From NCBI GenBank assembly GCA_030248215.1, contig JASANG010002537.1:124001-188000 (forward strand): 64,000 nt of DNA, given 5' to 3'. Positions within the stretch are counted from its first letter, which is position 1, and every line of letters starts with the position of its first letter. The notes beneath the pieces are model-generated. The model did not search any database and was not told the origin of the DNA. It saw only the letters and a program-made list of their open reading frames with translations. Below are positions 48,772 to 61,595 of this stretch, piece by piece. A program made the position numbers and the translations under genes. This DNA comes from Enoplolaimus lenunculus (taxonomy: Eukaryota).

Positions 48772-51700
48772 AATAATGACAATAATAATGTTGTCGATAT
48801 CTGACACACGAGGCGCAGAATACATACAACCAACAAAAAGATGAAAATATAAAGACAAATTCCAAACTAACCGCTAGACTTCTCATCAGTGGTCCGTAAT
48901 GCGCAGTACTATCGTTAACCAGAGCTTCGACATATCGTGTAAGTTCGGCACAAAATTCATCATGACTAGTGTTCAGCTGGTCCTGATTGTTTAATTCGGA
49001 GAAATGCCTCATCAGCGCATGAAACAAGGATTCCAGCAAATCACATGCGATAACGTTGTCATGCTAAAAATACAAAACTTGACTCTTGTGCAGTACCCTG
49101 CCACAGGCTTAAGCTTACGCTTAGTTTGCCGAAAAGGCTTTCCTAAGGTTATCGTAAGCTTAATCTTATGCCCAAGCCTTTGCCGAAGCCTAAGACCCAG
49201 CCTAAGCTTAAGAACGGCAAGCTTAAGCCTAAGCCTTTATCATTAATAGCAAAACGGAAACAACGCTGGCTAACGGTAAAAGTCAGTACAATGTAAAGGT
49301 AAAATTTAAGCCAAGTAACTGATTAGGTACAAAATGATTGTAGAAACGCAACGGAAATTTTACCTGTGCCAAAGACTGCAAAGGACCAATGATATCTTTG
49401 TATTTAATACAAATATCTGGAAAGTCTCCAGTTCTATACTCCCGGTATAAGGTGACTCGGTGTTCGCGACTCTCTTGCTCAAGACGTTGAGATATCTTAA
49501 AATATTTTTTGTTTTGATAAAACATGGAAGTACCAATGGCGATCCTAGGAATTTTATACATTAGAAGGGTATGTTCGTGTAACTTGCGCATGATTAAATT
49601 TTTTCAATTATCCTTATGGAAAATCATATGTGTACAAAATATTTCGGGGAGGGGGGTGTCCTCTCTCTCCCGGGCCCGCCCACACAGATATGACTGACCT
49701 CAAATTCAACAAATATAGAAATTCTATAATTATTAGACATAACTGTGTGTTATTAAAATCTTGATTCTTACGAACCGAACATTAGCAACTACGGTTTTTT
49801 CAACTACAAATATTTAGTATCCAACCTCACATAGTAATATCATACATATGCATACAATTAGGTACCATATTACTGATTACCTCCACCTGACGTTTACGTT
49901 CTGACGCTACGCGAGCAAAGTATGCCGCCGATTTCTTGTTCGACGAAGAATCGTTGGCAGAGTCACGCGCAACACGCCTTTTGAGCATACGATATCGCTG
50001 TCTTAGATAATCTGGAAGTAACATCGTCGCGTACAAAATAAAACTCGCCTCTCCCTCAACAATACTGCGTTCCTGAAGAAACATGCTCTATTAACTGTTC
50101 TATTGATTTAATACATTTAAAACGTTACACCGTAACAGATAAGAACAACGGCACTAATTCTTCGTTGCTGCCATTTCAACAATAGTCAGTAAAAATAGAC
50201 TATAAACAATTTAAACTAATCTAAAAGAAAACATTGCAGTCGTCACATGAAATTTCAGCTGATATTACACCCACAGAATTAATCTTCATGATACTTCTTA
50301 AAACTGAGAAGACATACCCGTTAACAGTTTGCTTGCGTTCGATTTGAAACTGCCATGCGTTTTCTCTCGTTCAAACATATCAAAAACAAATGTAGAGCCT
50401 GTTTCGTGTGCATTAGGACTATTGTCTTTGCCAATACCAAATGTATCATACGTTGACCCGGTTAGCCAATCATATTTTGCCGTGTGCTGGGAACCTAAAC
50501 TACTAAGAGTGCAATTCAAATACAGGTTTAAAACGAAAGAAAATGTCTTGAAAAATTAGTACTAGAAAAACTGAAGAACTTTACACTTTACATCAACTAA
50601 AACAAACTGTAACTTTCGTACCCAAAGTTGCACTAAAATCGCATTCCAATTGAGTAGCACGCAACCGTCTCTTCCGAGTACCCAGTTGACTAGTTTGAAC
50701 ATCGTTCTGCCCAGCGAACGACTGGCTTAACAATGCTGTATGCCTTGATCGCCACGATGTTTTCACGTTATAAGCCTGTTACAAAATTTTTTTATTAACC
50801 CCATATAATTTAAACACTGCGTTTGATTGTGTCAAGGTGAAGTATATTTTTATTACTCATAAAAGACAATACGAAAAATTAGTATCCTCGCACCTCATAT
50901 TAACTAAATAAAACACAGTTTTCGGAACAAAATGAATAAAATCATATAATACAGTAAACCTCGGCAACAATGCTACTGTATGCGAGTTAAAGCGACTTAA
51001 ACACAAGGACAGAATGGTAAGCCGAACCACGGCTCCGATCATGATCGCTCGTTGAACGCAATCGGCCGCAAACGAGATTTTGCGGCCATAACGGCGCAAC
51101 CTGCCATTCAATAGCTGGAATTAACTTTTGCAACCGGTCGTAAACACAGATACAATCCGGTTTGAAAATTGAGTGTAAACACAATTCAACTGTGATTAAA
51201 TACCGCGACCGCCGATACATTCGCGATTACTGCGCACACATTTCGTCCGTGACTGCACCTCATAGTGACAATCGACCAAAGGTCTCAGAAACAACACTCG
51301 ATTGTAATCTGGGCTATTTGCTGTCAGTTCCAAAAACAGATACGTTGCGTTTGGAAGAAATTGGCTTTCAATCATAGGATGATATACGATTGACAACAAA
51401 TGAGTTGCACGCCTTGCAACGTCAGTTGACAAATGCTTATTGTCGCACCAAAAACCACGCGCTTCCTGTCTAAAATAACAGAAAATACAATACAACCGTA
51501 ATCTTTATTTACCACAAAGGCAACGAAATTGCAACAGTTAGTTACCTCAAAGCATTGGATAGCAATCGTAGTAATAGCAAGAGCTATAATTATGCAGTGT
51601 GTCAATACATGAAATGACTTAATGGAGCTACCGGATCGTATGCGTGCTAAAAACCACAAGCCAACCACAAATACCTAACTAGTACATGGTAGTCCAATGT

Positions 51701-54700
51701 CATCTAATTGGCACAAGACTGCTTTAGTTTAGTAATTAAATACAATACATACTTTATTGAAGGATTGGGATCTGAAAGTAATAACAACAACGCCAGCTTC
51801 GAAAATGAAACAATATTTTGGTCTTCAAGCGAACAAGAATCCCTGAAAAATTAATAGTACAATGGTCAAATCCTAAGCAAATAAGTGTACACGTCTTAAG
51901 TACATATCAGAGGCAGCACGAGCTTTCAGTAATAATTAACATTTACGTGATCAACACTTAGAACATAGTTGCTCGTAAAGCCTTCGTAAGTTTGTTGTAA
52001 CTTCGGATATATCGTTCTACAACAATTTGCCCGTATGCCTGTTAATATTCTGAAAAATCAGGTGCAGAATTTTTTGCCAATCAAAACTGACTATAAAAAG
52101 ATGTCTGAACAACCCTTGTTTCTCTTTCAAACGAAACGAGCCTCACTTGAAGCGGTCGTATATCAGCGAAAATATCTTCAAACATGCCACACGACAGCGA
52201 GAAGAGCGATGATTGACGTTTTTCATTAAAGCTGGTAATAATTCAGTAACTTGTTGTTGATTCAGCTTTGCAACAATCCTTTGCGCAATGTCCAAACACA
52301 ATGATTGCACTGCAGTATTTCTATAAAAAATATTAAAATATTTTTGCATTTCGCTGACAAAGCACGAAACAAAATTAAATACCTACATACACATTTTGGG
52401 AGCATTTGTTCAACAAAAGTATTGCCATTATGCAAATATACTTCCGCCTAAACCTTTTTTCTTAAAATGAATAACAATTTAATTTAATGCCAAATAATCT
52501 GAAATTGTAAATAACAGAAATCGTTCAATAAACTAAGTCAACAACAAAGTGACGTTTTGCAGCCCTTTAAAACAGTATTGAAAATTCAGATCTATCAATC
52601 CAAAGAATGTAGAGCATAATAGAGAAAACTCCAATAATTACCTGGTCGTAAGCAACTGCAGAAAATTTTTATTTTTTAGTTCTCGGTAGACGTCTGGCCG
52701 CAAATCTAAAAGTCGATCAATACAGTTGCCAATGCATTCCAGTGCCTGCAGTTTGACATCGATTCTTCCTCGCACTAACATCACAAGCACGTCATCAATA
52801 TAGCTGAAATGCAATTTATTATAAATTCCACAAACGAGTAAACACATGTGTGGGTGCAGCAATAACCAAGCATTAGTATGCACAGCAAAATTTAGTCTTA
52901 AAATGATATAATAAATGCATTCATTGTTTAGAGCAAAAATTAAAATTTAGAGCCCAAAACATGCCTAGCTAATCAAAACCAAGTGCTACGAACGCGCTTG
53001 CTTGCATGGAACATTATACACTAACGTTATAAGTAATACTAAGTTTCTTGTTTATATTATACTTTGTGAGGCCAATTCCATAACAAAAAGCATACTTCGA
53101 AAAAACGTAGCACATATAAGAATAATTCTCGTGCACTAAGGTGTGTACAACTACTTATTCGCTTATATTCAGTCAAAAAGTGATAAATACACACTCATGT
53201 GTTCGGACCTGTCTATTACTCGACAGAAATGTCTACAAATGCAGTTGAGAACAATTAAAAACTCCAGTTTTCCTTTTCCTCCAATTCGGCAGGAGTCAAT
53301 CGCTGAATAAGCACATTTCAATGCACGCTAAAATATTAAAAATGTTAAAACATGACCACGAGCATGTTGTCTTCAACACAAAATTTAACAAATTCATAAA
53401 ATTTCAGATTCCAAATCCAGCAACACCTGCTTATACAACACAAAATCTAAAAATCACTAGAAAGTTTTTTAGTCCAACGTAGGCTAACAAAACAAATTTT
53501 CCTCAATTTTGACAAATCTGCGTCAATGATGCAACTGTTTATTCAACACAAAATCTAAAAATCACAAGAAAGTTTTTAGTCCAACCTAGACTAACACAAC
53601 AAATTTTCGTCTACTTTGACTAATTCGCGTCAACTGATGAATTCAAAAATTCGGCACGAAATGAATAAAAGTTGCAAGTTCGCTTCTAGTACCTCTTTTA
53701 GTTCGTTTGATTCCTCGCTAGATTGCAAATGTTCCAAACATACTCCCATCACTTCTGCTGCTGTTGCATAATGCTCGCGATATTTCTGTTTCACATGACA
53801 ACCAATCCTCTCAATCAAGCTGAAACACGAAATGAGCACTAACTTGTATATAAATTGGGGTACCACACAAATACATTTATTAACTTCTGGCGTTCGGCTG
53901 TCCCAAACATTGTATGTTTTGTTCCCGAGGGTCAAAAGGTGGATGTCCGTCCGTTCGTCCAACCAACAAAAATCTTAGGAACCGCTGAAGCGATTTTGAT
54001 AACGAGCTTCGCTCAATACGTGTTGTCATATTACACTGGTTATGCGGTGTCATACCCATGTCAATTCGTTTGCGTTGCAGTACGTTTCCGGATGATATCG
54101 AATAGCATTAAAATAGTTAAAAAGTACAGTACAACCCTCGATCTTGTCGGCATTATTCTGTGTAAATTGAACATCTTCGATTAGAAATTATAACATTGCC
54201 ATAATATTCGCAGTGTGCTAGCTGAGCACTGATATTTCTTCAAAGAAAATATACAAAACCATACTTAATTAGCTGATTATCCGCAGGGTTAATTTTATAT
54301 GACAGAAATAGTCCAATTGCGCGTATGATAGTCGTACACATTTGAGGCGTTTCGCAAACTGTTTGACTCTTGCCGTCACAGAGCGCTCGAAGTATCTGGC
54401 TAAAGCAATAACAAACAAAATCAAAAAGAACTTTTAAAATGGAATCATTATATTCAAAAACCCGTGCCAGAGTAGTTCTGGCCTACTTATTAACTGGTCC
54501 ATTTTACCGACTGCATTACCATTGATTTGATTGATCAATGTCTGTGCTGAATTAACTGTACCAGTGCTTAAAGCATTATTGCGTCTTAACCATAAAAACA
54601 CGATATCTTGGCGTTTACCGATCGGCTTTATAATCATAACAAGTGGCATATCGTTAACAGTTTAAAATTACAATCTCTGTAGTGACTTAATGTAAAGATA

Positions 54701-57700
54701 AAAGAAGTAAAACGTCTGCAAAGAAAACGCTTTTCTGAATATACCCTGACAAACTGATTTCTAACAGAAGCTGTGACCATGCTTGCACAACGGTTTGCAA
54801 CAAAATCAAATTTCGTTTTGTAATTTGACGATCAGCACATGGCACGTTGTCGACAATAAAACTAACAACTTCGCGAGTCAAAATACCATTAGAGGACTAA
54901 ACGCAAAAAATAGCACAATTTGTGGCACATATCAAACAATTAAAGTTCACTAATAACTAAGATATTAACCTGCGTTGAATTTATTTGTTTCTATTTTGGT
55001 CTAAACACTAAGGTTAATGAACTTCGTTTAATCCGAAACTAAATATATACAATATCACAGTTAAACCATACAAGTTACGTCCAAGACCGTACAGTAATAG
55101 TGTTAATCGTTCTCATTCGTTTACTGATAACAGTACCGTTTGCGCGCAAGTTATAATAAAAATAATCACGTCAATGGGTTTGGTTTCGCTCCACATCAAT
55201 AGAGTAATAATAGTTTCAATGTACAATCTGTTAAGTCCAGGATTTGTCGTTCCTCCACTTGTAAGGAAACACAGAAGCGGCCCCATCCAAGTCGAACAAT
55301 AAGGTGCAAATTCCTAAAACACAACAATAATTGATCAGTCAGTTTGCCTTTCGAAATCACTAACGTAAACGACCATGAAACTAGAAACTCCGAATTGTAA
55401 AGTTCAAAAAATGGTTTTTAAAATTAGAGATGGTGTAAATCTTCACTGCTCTTTATTAAATCAACAGTCGTTCTACAGTGCATACCTAAGTCATTTGTAC
55501 TGTAGGAGTTAAACATACATTTGCAAGATTATTCACGACTCGAACCAAAAGCAAACGAACATTTTTCGATGTCTTACAGCCACTAGTTAAACAAGTGTCT
55601 TCCACTAACCGCTGCATTTCGCACATCCATTTCGAAACGTTATGGTCTACCTGGAACGAAACACAAACTATGCAATGAGCTTAGATCACTCAAATACTAT
55701 AATGTTGCAGCAGCATTATTTACCATTCTCTAAACTATAAGTAGCCAGCGTTTGACGCAAACAGAACACCTAAGAAAATACAAAATGTTTAATCTGACCA
55801 ACCATAATAAGCAATGGTTGGGTTTCTTAAACTAAGTAAGTACTTCAAAATCGGCATTAATATGTTTTTGTTTAAAAATTAAGAATTTCATATAATTTAA
55901 TGACATAAGTATAGTATTGTCGTTATTTAAGAAAGATTTCAGAAACCCAATCAAAATGTCATTATCAATACAAATCACAACGCATTGCAAGATTCGCTTG
56001 CCTGTGGCTGTTCATTAATATCTTTTTCAAATATATGTCGAATGACACGACTTAGAGTTGAGACACAAGGATGTGCCCCTAGTTCGTCAGAATCCAAAAT
56101 ATTGGAATCTTGTTCGGATAAGCCTGTTTCGCGGCCGACCTGAAATTGAATAAATTGGAAAACTCAAATAGAAAAATTGAGGCATGGCCGTTTTTCCCAG
56201 AACAAATCTCATGGTACTGTCGTAAAACCACATCCCACAATGTTGTCCTCAAATGGAACAAAACACATTCCTGACAGACACAGAATATACAAGTTCTTAA
56301 GCTAATAACTGCACAGTATGTACCTCTGCTTCTCTGGCTCCATTTTTGTCCACATTCCGTTCGCATTCTCTCCCGTTCATATCTTTAGCGGTGCGAGTTC
56401 TGGCTTCAGCATCCGGTTGATGAGAAGACGTTGTAAAATCAAAATTACCGGCAATAACATGCGAAGATATCATCAATGATTGACTTGACAAAGAACTATC
56501 ATTCAAATACTGTGACGACATGAAACGTAGCGTTGTACGCTTTGACATGCTATCGGAACGAGCCATACCAGTTTCGCGATTGCTGTCTGAGCTCAGATTT
56601 GAATATAGACTACGAATCGCGTACATACGGTGTTGATCAGATTTGTACTTAAAACATTTCCAAATTACACCTGATTTGTAAAAAAACATTGTTCGTAGTT
56701 TCTTTGTCTTAGAATCCATTATATGCTGAATATTAGCCGTGGGAGGGTTGCGTTATACAAAAATTTTAAAGGAGGAAGTGCGGTTCTTGGGTTACCAACT
56801 AGATAGATACACAAAACCCCTGGACAAAAATCCCAGATGATGGTTTTACCACTAAACACGCTTTGCTACGCCCTTGTTATTAGCTTGACGCAATCGATAT
56901 TCGACAAGCACAAGTAATCAAATAATTTACCTCGCTGCTTTCCGAAAAATCATATTGCTTCCCTGGATCGACAATTCCATTTAGAACCTGTAGATAAGTA
57001 AAACAACGACTAAAAACTATAAGTAAACAAAGAATTAAGTTTGTATGATACAAAAATGTTACCAACCAATGCTGATTCATTCAAAATTAAACATATGGGT
57101 TATAACTTCATGCTTGGTTAGTATACTGCAAACGTCTAGAACAAAAACAAGATCGTTACGGCTATGATGTATAACAAACATGGTTGTCTCATTACAGCCT
57201 CATTTAAAGACGTTGTCTACATGATAACAATCCTATTCAGAGCTATATAGCTTATAACCAACTGCATACCGTAAACATATGCTGTTTATGCCTCTACATG
57301 AAAATGCCACTTACATTTTCCAAAAATAGCAACGAATAGTAAACTTTGGCGTTTGTTTGCGTTGCAATCAATAAAGCTGACGCACAGTTATACGAAGCAC
57401 AACGAAAATTGAGCCAATTCGATCCTATGCGTAAGCTGTAAAGCTTGAAAATATCGCGACAAATCCTACAAATAAAACATAGTGAAAATCTAACAACAAA
57501 CCGCAGTTATGACGGCGCGTTATTTACGTTCCTATTTTCGTACATACTTCTACTAAGATACCAGTTATAGTTGTTATAACAGCAAAGAATAATAATAATA
57601 ATGACGACGACGACGACGACGGCAACAGCAACAATAACAACAACAACAATAACAACAACAACAACAGCCACAACAACAACAGCCACAATAATAATAATAA

Positions 57701-60700
57701 TAATCATAATAATAATATTCAAAAACCATATTTAATTGAATACATCATGCATGCCACTCTTAGGGTGGCGAAACACATCTAGGCAACGTTAGTGCTCTGC
57801 GCGCGTTTGGAAACCGGTACAATCCAACCGCCACACGAAAGAAATTGTTCGTGGCTATACATCAAATCAACTCACTAGCTATCATTCCAGTGTCTTACTT
57901 AACAATTGTCGAAATAAAAACGACCCCTGCCGTTTCATTCTGCTTCAGAGAAACACTTAGTTGATTCACAAATTCGTGCGCAATGGATTTCCGAATGTCC
58001 GCTTGATCAATGCAGGTGAACAAAAGTTCCAATAAGTGCATACAACTTGTTTTCATCATTAACTGTTCGTCCACAAAGTTCTATAAAAATTTAATCAACA
58101 CAATATTTGCCATCGAAACATTATGAATTTTAGAAAACAACCTGATTTGCCCTGCGTACGCAAAAGGTTTGCACCAATGAATGAATGGCCTTGAATATGG
58201 TTCAAGTAATAATGCATAAAATTTGCAGCAGTGCATAACAGGCACGGCTGTAGTCTCGGTCAAAACCCGAGACCCGAAACCCAACTACCAAGATCGAGAC
58301 TACTGGCCTCGAAAAAAGTTTTAAATGTATTTTTCGTACCACTTTCTTGTTTTATCGTAACAAATTGTTGTATCTGCTTCGAACTGTGAGTAAATTTACA
58401 GTATTAAACTAATCAGCCATTAAAATTTTTTATTTGTTTTATTCAAAACTTATCAATATGTAGTTTCATAAGAAAAATCAGTTGGTTAGTATTAAGAGCA
58501 AGTAAAACCATGTTACTGAGGACAATTTATTTTTAAAATGCAAGTACAAACAATTTTTGCTCGCACACCATTCTTTAAGGTTACCGTAAAACAACTTGAT
58601 AACTTACGTCATTCAATGGTTCTTCAACGATTCGAATGATAGTTCCAATGTTGAGCATAAAAAACGCTCTGACCTGGTTTGCGTCTAAATTGCTCAAAAG
58701 CGGCAATACTATGGATAGAAAAACCCGACGACGAAATTCGACATTGAATTGGCCAGACCGATCAAAAAAAATATCAGTCGGAATGTGGAGCAGAGACCGT
58801 CCATCAGATGCTGAAGCGCTGAAAAGTGAAAAATCCCGCTACGGCGCTATGCTAAAATGAAACCGGTACACTAAAATAACGAAAAACATTAACGGTTCAA
58901 AACATTCACATACATTCAATGATACGCTCTCATTTACACAATATTATACTAGGGCTTTGGGATGAGAACCATTTAAGATGTTTGTCCAGTAGCAAGAAAC
59001 TTTCTTAGAAAGTTTTATGTAACCTGACTACTTTCCAAAACTTCGGCTACGAGTCAGCTTAAATCCACTCAAAACACAGCGCTGTTCAAAACCCGTTAAG
59101 ATCAAATAAATACAGAAAGATGAATCATTTCATGTTCTAAACATTGCCGAACAACAATAGAACATGCCCTTGTCGACTACAGACATCTTTGGCAGCTTAA
59201 CCATTTTACTCGCAAACACATTCATAACAAACGATTCAAAACAGACTTCAGCTCAAAAATTTGCGACCACGTCCAAAGTCCTTACTGAGCATCAATCTGT
59301 ATTCTACCTTTTTGCTACATCTACTATCGCTACAACCACAGAATCGACCCACAAAAACGCCGGATCGCGTCCAATTAGAGGTATAATGCAGTCAAGCAAT
59401 ATCGAAGTATGCGTCAATTTGAACGCACTAAGCAACACAGATACCGCCTCACGAAACTGTGTTAGTTCAACAGATTCAGGTTCAAGTTCAGCTGAACGAA
59501 TTGGAAAGCGATTGATAAAGAATGACTGAAGCCGCGTACGAACTTTGGCAACAACTGCTGCAGTAGATAGTACAGATGAGCTGCGAGGAATTACAACAGA
59601 CATCAGTTCGAGTAGTTTGATCTACAACACGTCATACAAAACGTGGTCTACTTAATTAAGTTTGATGGAATAGCGGATCACCGAACAACACTTTGAGCTG
59701 CGTAATATTACAAATACTTAACATCAATATATAAGACATAAGCAGGTGAGATGTGTGAAACGACTGTACACAAGAGTTCTGTTCAAGTTGTTTAATCTAG
59801 TGTTTCACCTGTATCAAGTTGTCCACAAAAATACTCAAAAATAGGTACATTTTTGCCACATGAAATATTCCTAAGGCAAATAAATACATATGATAATAAG
59901 TAAAACAAAATCAATGTACTAAGATATTTAGAAAATGATCCAATATTTATTTAACTGCATACATATTTGCCTAGTGTCCCGTGTTGTTACGTTTTCAAAT
60001 AATACATTATGTAGCACAATTTCCCGAACACTGCACTATAAAAACAACCAAAGCTAAGCAGCCTCCATGCACTGCGAACAAAAATAGAATTTTTATTTTC
60101 ACTCAACAACGGTGATAAGTACCGTGCTCACCTTTAAATGCATTTCAGTATATGAAGCTTCCAATAACGTTAAATACGATTCAACAATTTCCTCGTACTT
60201 TTCAGACTGGATAACCGCCTTAAAATATTAAGCTTTAAAACAAAAATAAGTGCCTACAGCCAACGTCCTAACGACTATACAAATTCAGTGACAGTCTACA
60301 AATCTCATGTTAAAATATGTTACACAAGAATGAACAAAACATACGTTCACTTTTGCTATGCTAAAAAATAGAAAAAGCAATTACTTAAAAATTGAAGCAA
60401 GTACCTTTGAATCAATTAAACACAAATGGGTCATCAACTCAATAACGATCAACGTATCTTCGCTTGAGATATTCTGATTCGAACAATAGGCGCTAAACCG
60501 AGTGGGCCAATTACGAAAAACTTCAAGCACAAATTTTGATCCCAGTCTGAAATAAAATTGTGGACTAACACAAACCTATGCAGGGACCAAAATTGTGAAC
60601 AACTGGCACCAAACCAGATATCGCGCTTCATGTGACGAAACCGATCCAGTCAGCATCGTTACTAGACCAGTTATTTAACGGAACCAATGTTTTCATTCAA

Positions 60701-61506
60701 AACAAACATCACCTTTTCCTAATTTCACAGCGCTTTAACATGTATTGAGCAACACATACAAACGTCTGAGCAAGCAACCCAGCTAGATTAGTGGACCATT
60801 CACGGCACATCGCTTCGACATAAATCGCTGGCTTTGATAGAATTTCCATACACATAAAGTCTGACAGATTTTCCATGAACAGTTCGCGACGAGTGACAGT
60901 ATTGCCGTTTTCAAGAGACACGGGACTTATGTCTTGCAAAGTATCAATGATAAACATTATCTATAAAGCAAAAACACCAATAGTTTGAATACAGATCCGT
61001 TCCGTTAAGCGACAATAGAAATATGAAATGATTAACTTTCTGATAATATCACAGAACATCTGGACTGTTAGAAGCGTAATGCAATATTGAAATAGTAAGG
61101 TTCTAGCTGTTTTCAAAATCTGCTGAAGCTAATCTGTCTGAAGAATAACCGGGACTGCAATTCGAATTCCAATTTTAGTCCTACTTGTTGTGATACATTG
61201 CATAACAATTCTGTATTATTTATCTATTAAATTGCTTTCGATGAGTTAACTTATCAATAATTGATTCTAGTTTAGCTTTACAGAACCCAAATCATCACCA
61301 ATTTGTTCATGCGACGTTTTTAAAAATTACTGTTGCCAGTCAATGGACACCCTAAATGAATATTATATTTGTCAACACAAATTATCCGTACTACAGTTGC
61401 AAAATTTCAAGTTCCGATTCCTATACCGGTATCAATTTGCTGTTCCGATTCCGTTTCCGGTATAATCCAGTAGGTTTTGCACCCTGATAATAATCATAAC
61501 AATTAT

Positions 61507-61542
<36 letters not shown>

Positions 61543-61564
61543 AATAATAATAATAATAATAATA

Positions 61565-61595
<31 letters not shown>

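Noticed and set aside
48559..48858. Poly-Ile ORF, and the poly-Val/Ile ORF at 57507-57722
   Set aside because: These are trinucleotide microsatellite translations.
51945..52050. Open minus-strand stretch that looked like an extra PRKDC exon
   Set aside because: The exons ending ~52148 and starting ~51842 join in phase and match DNA-PKcs without it.
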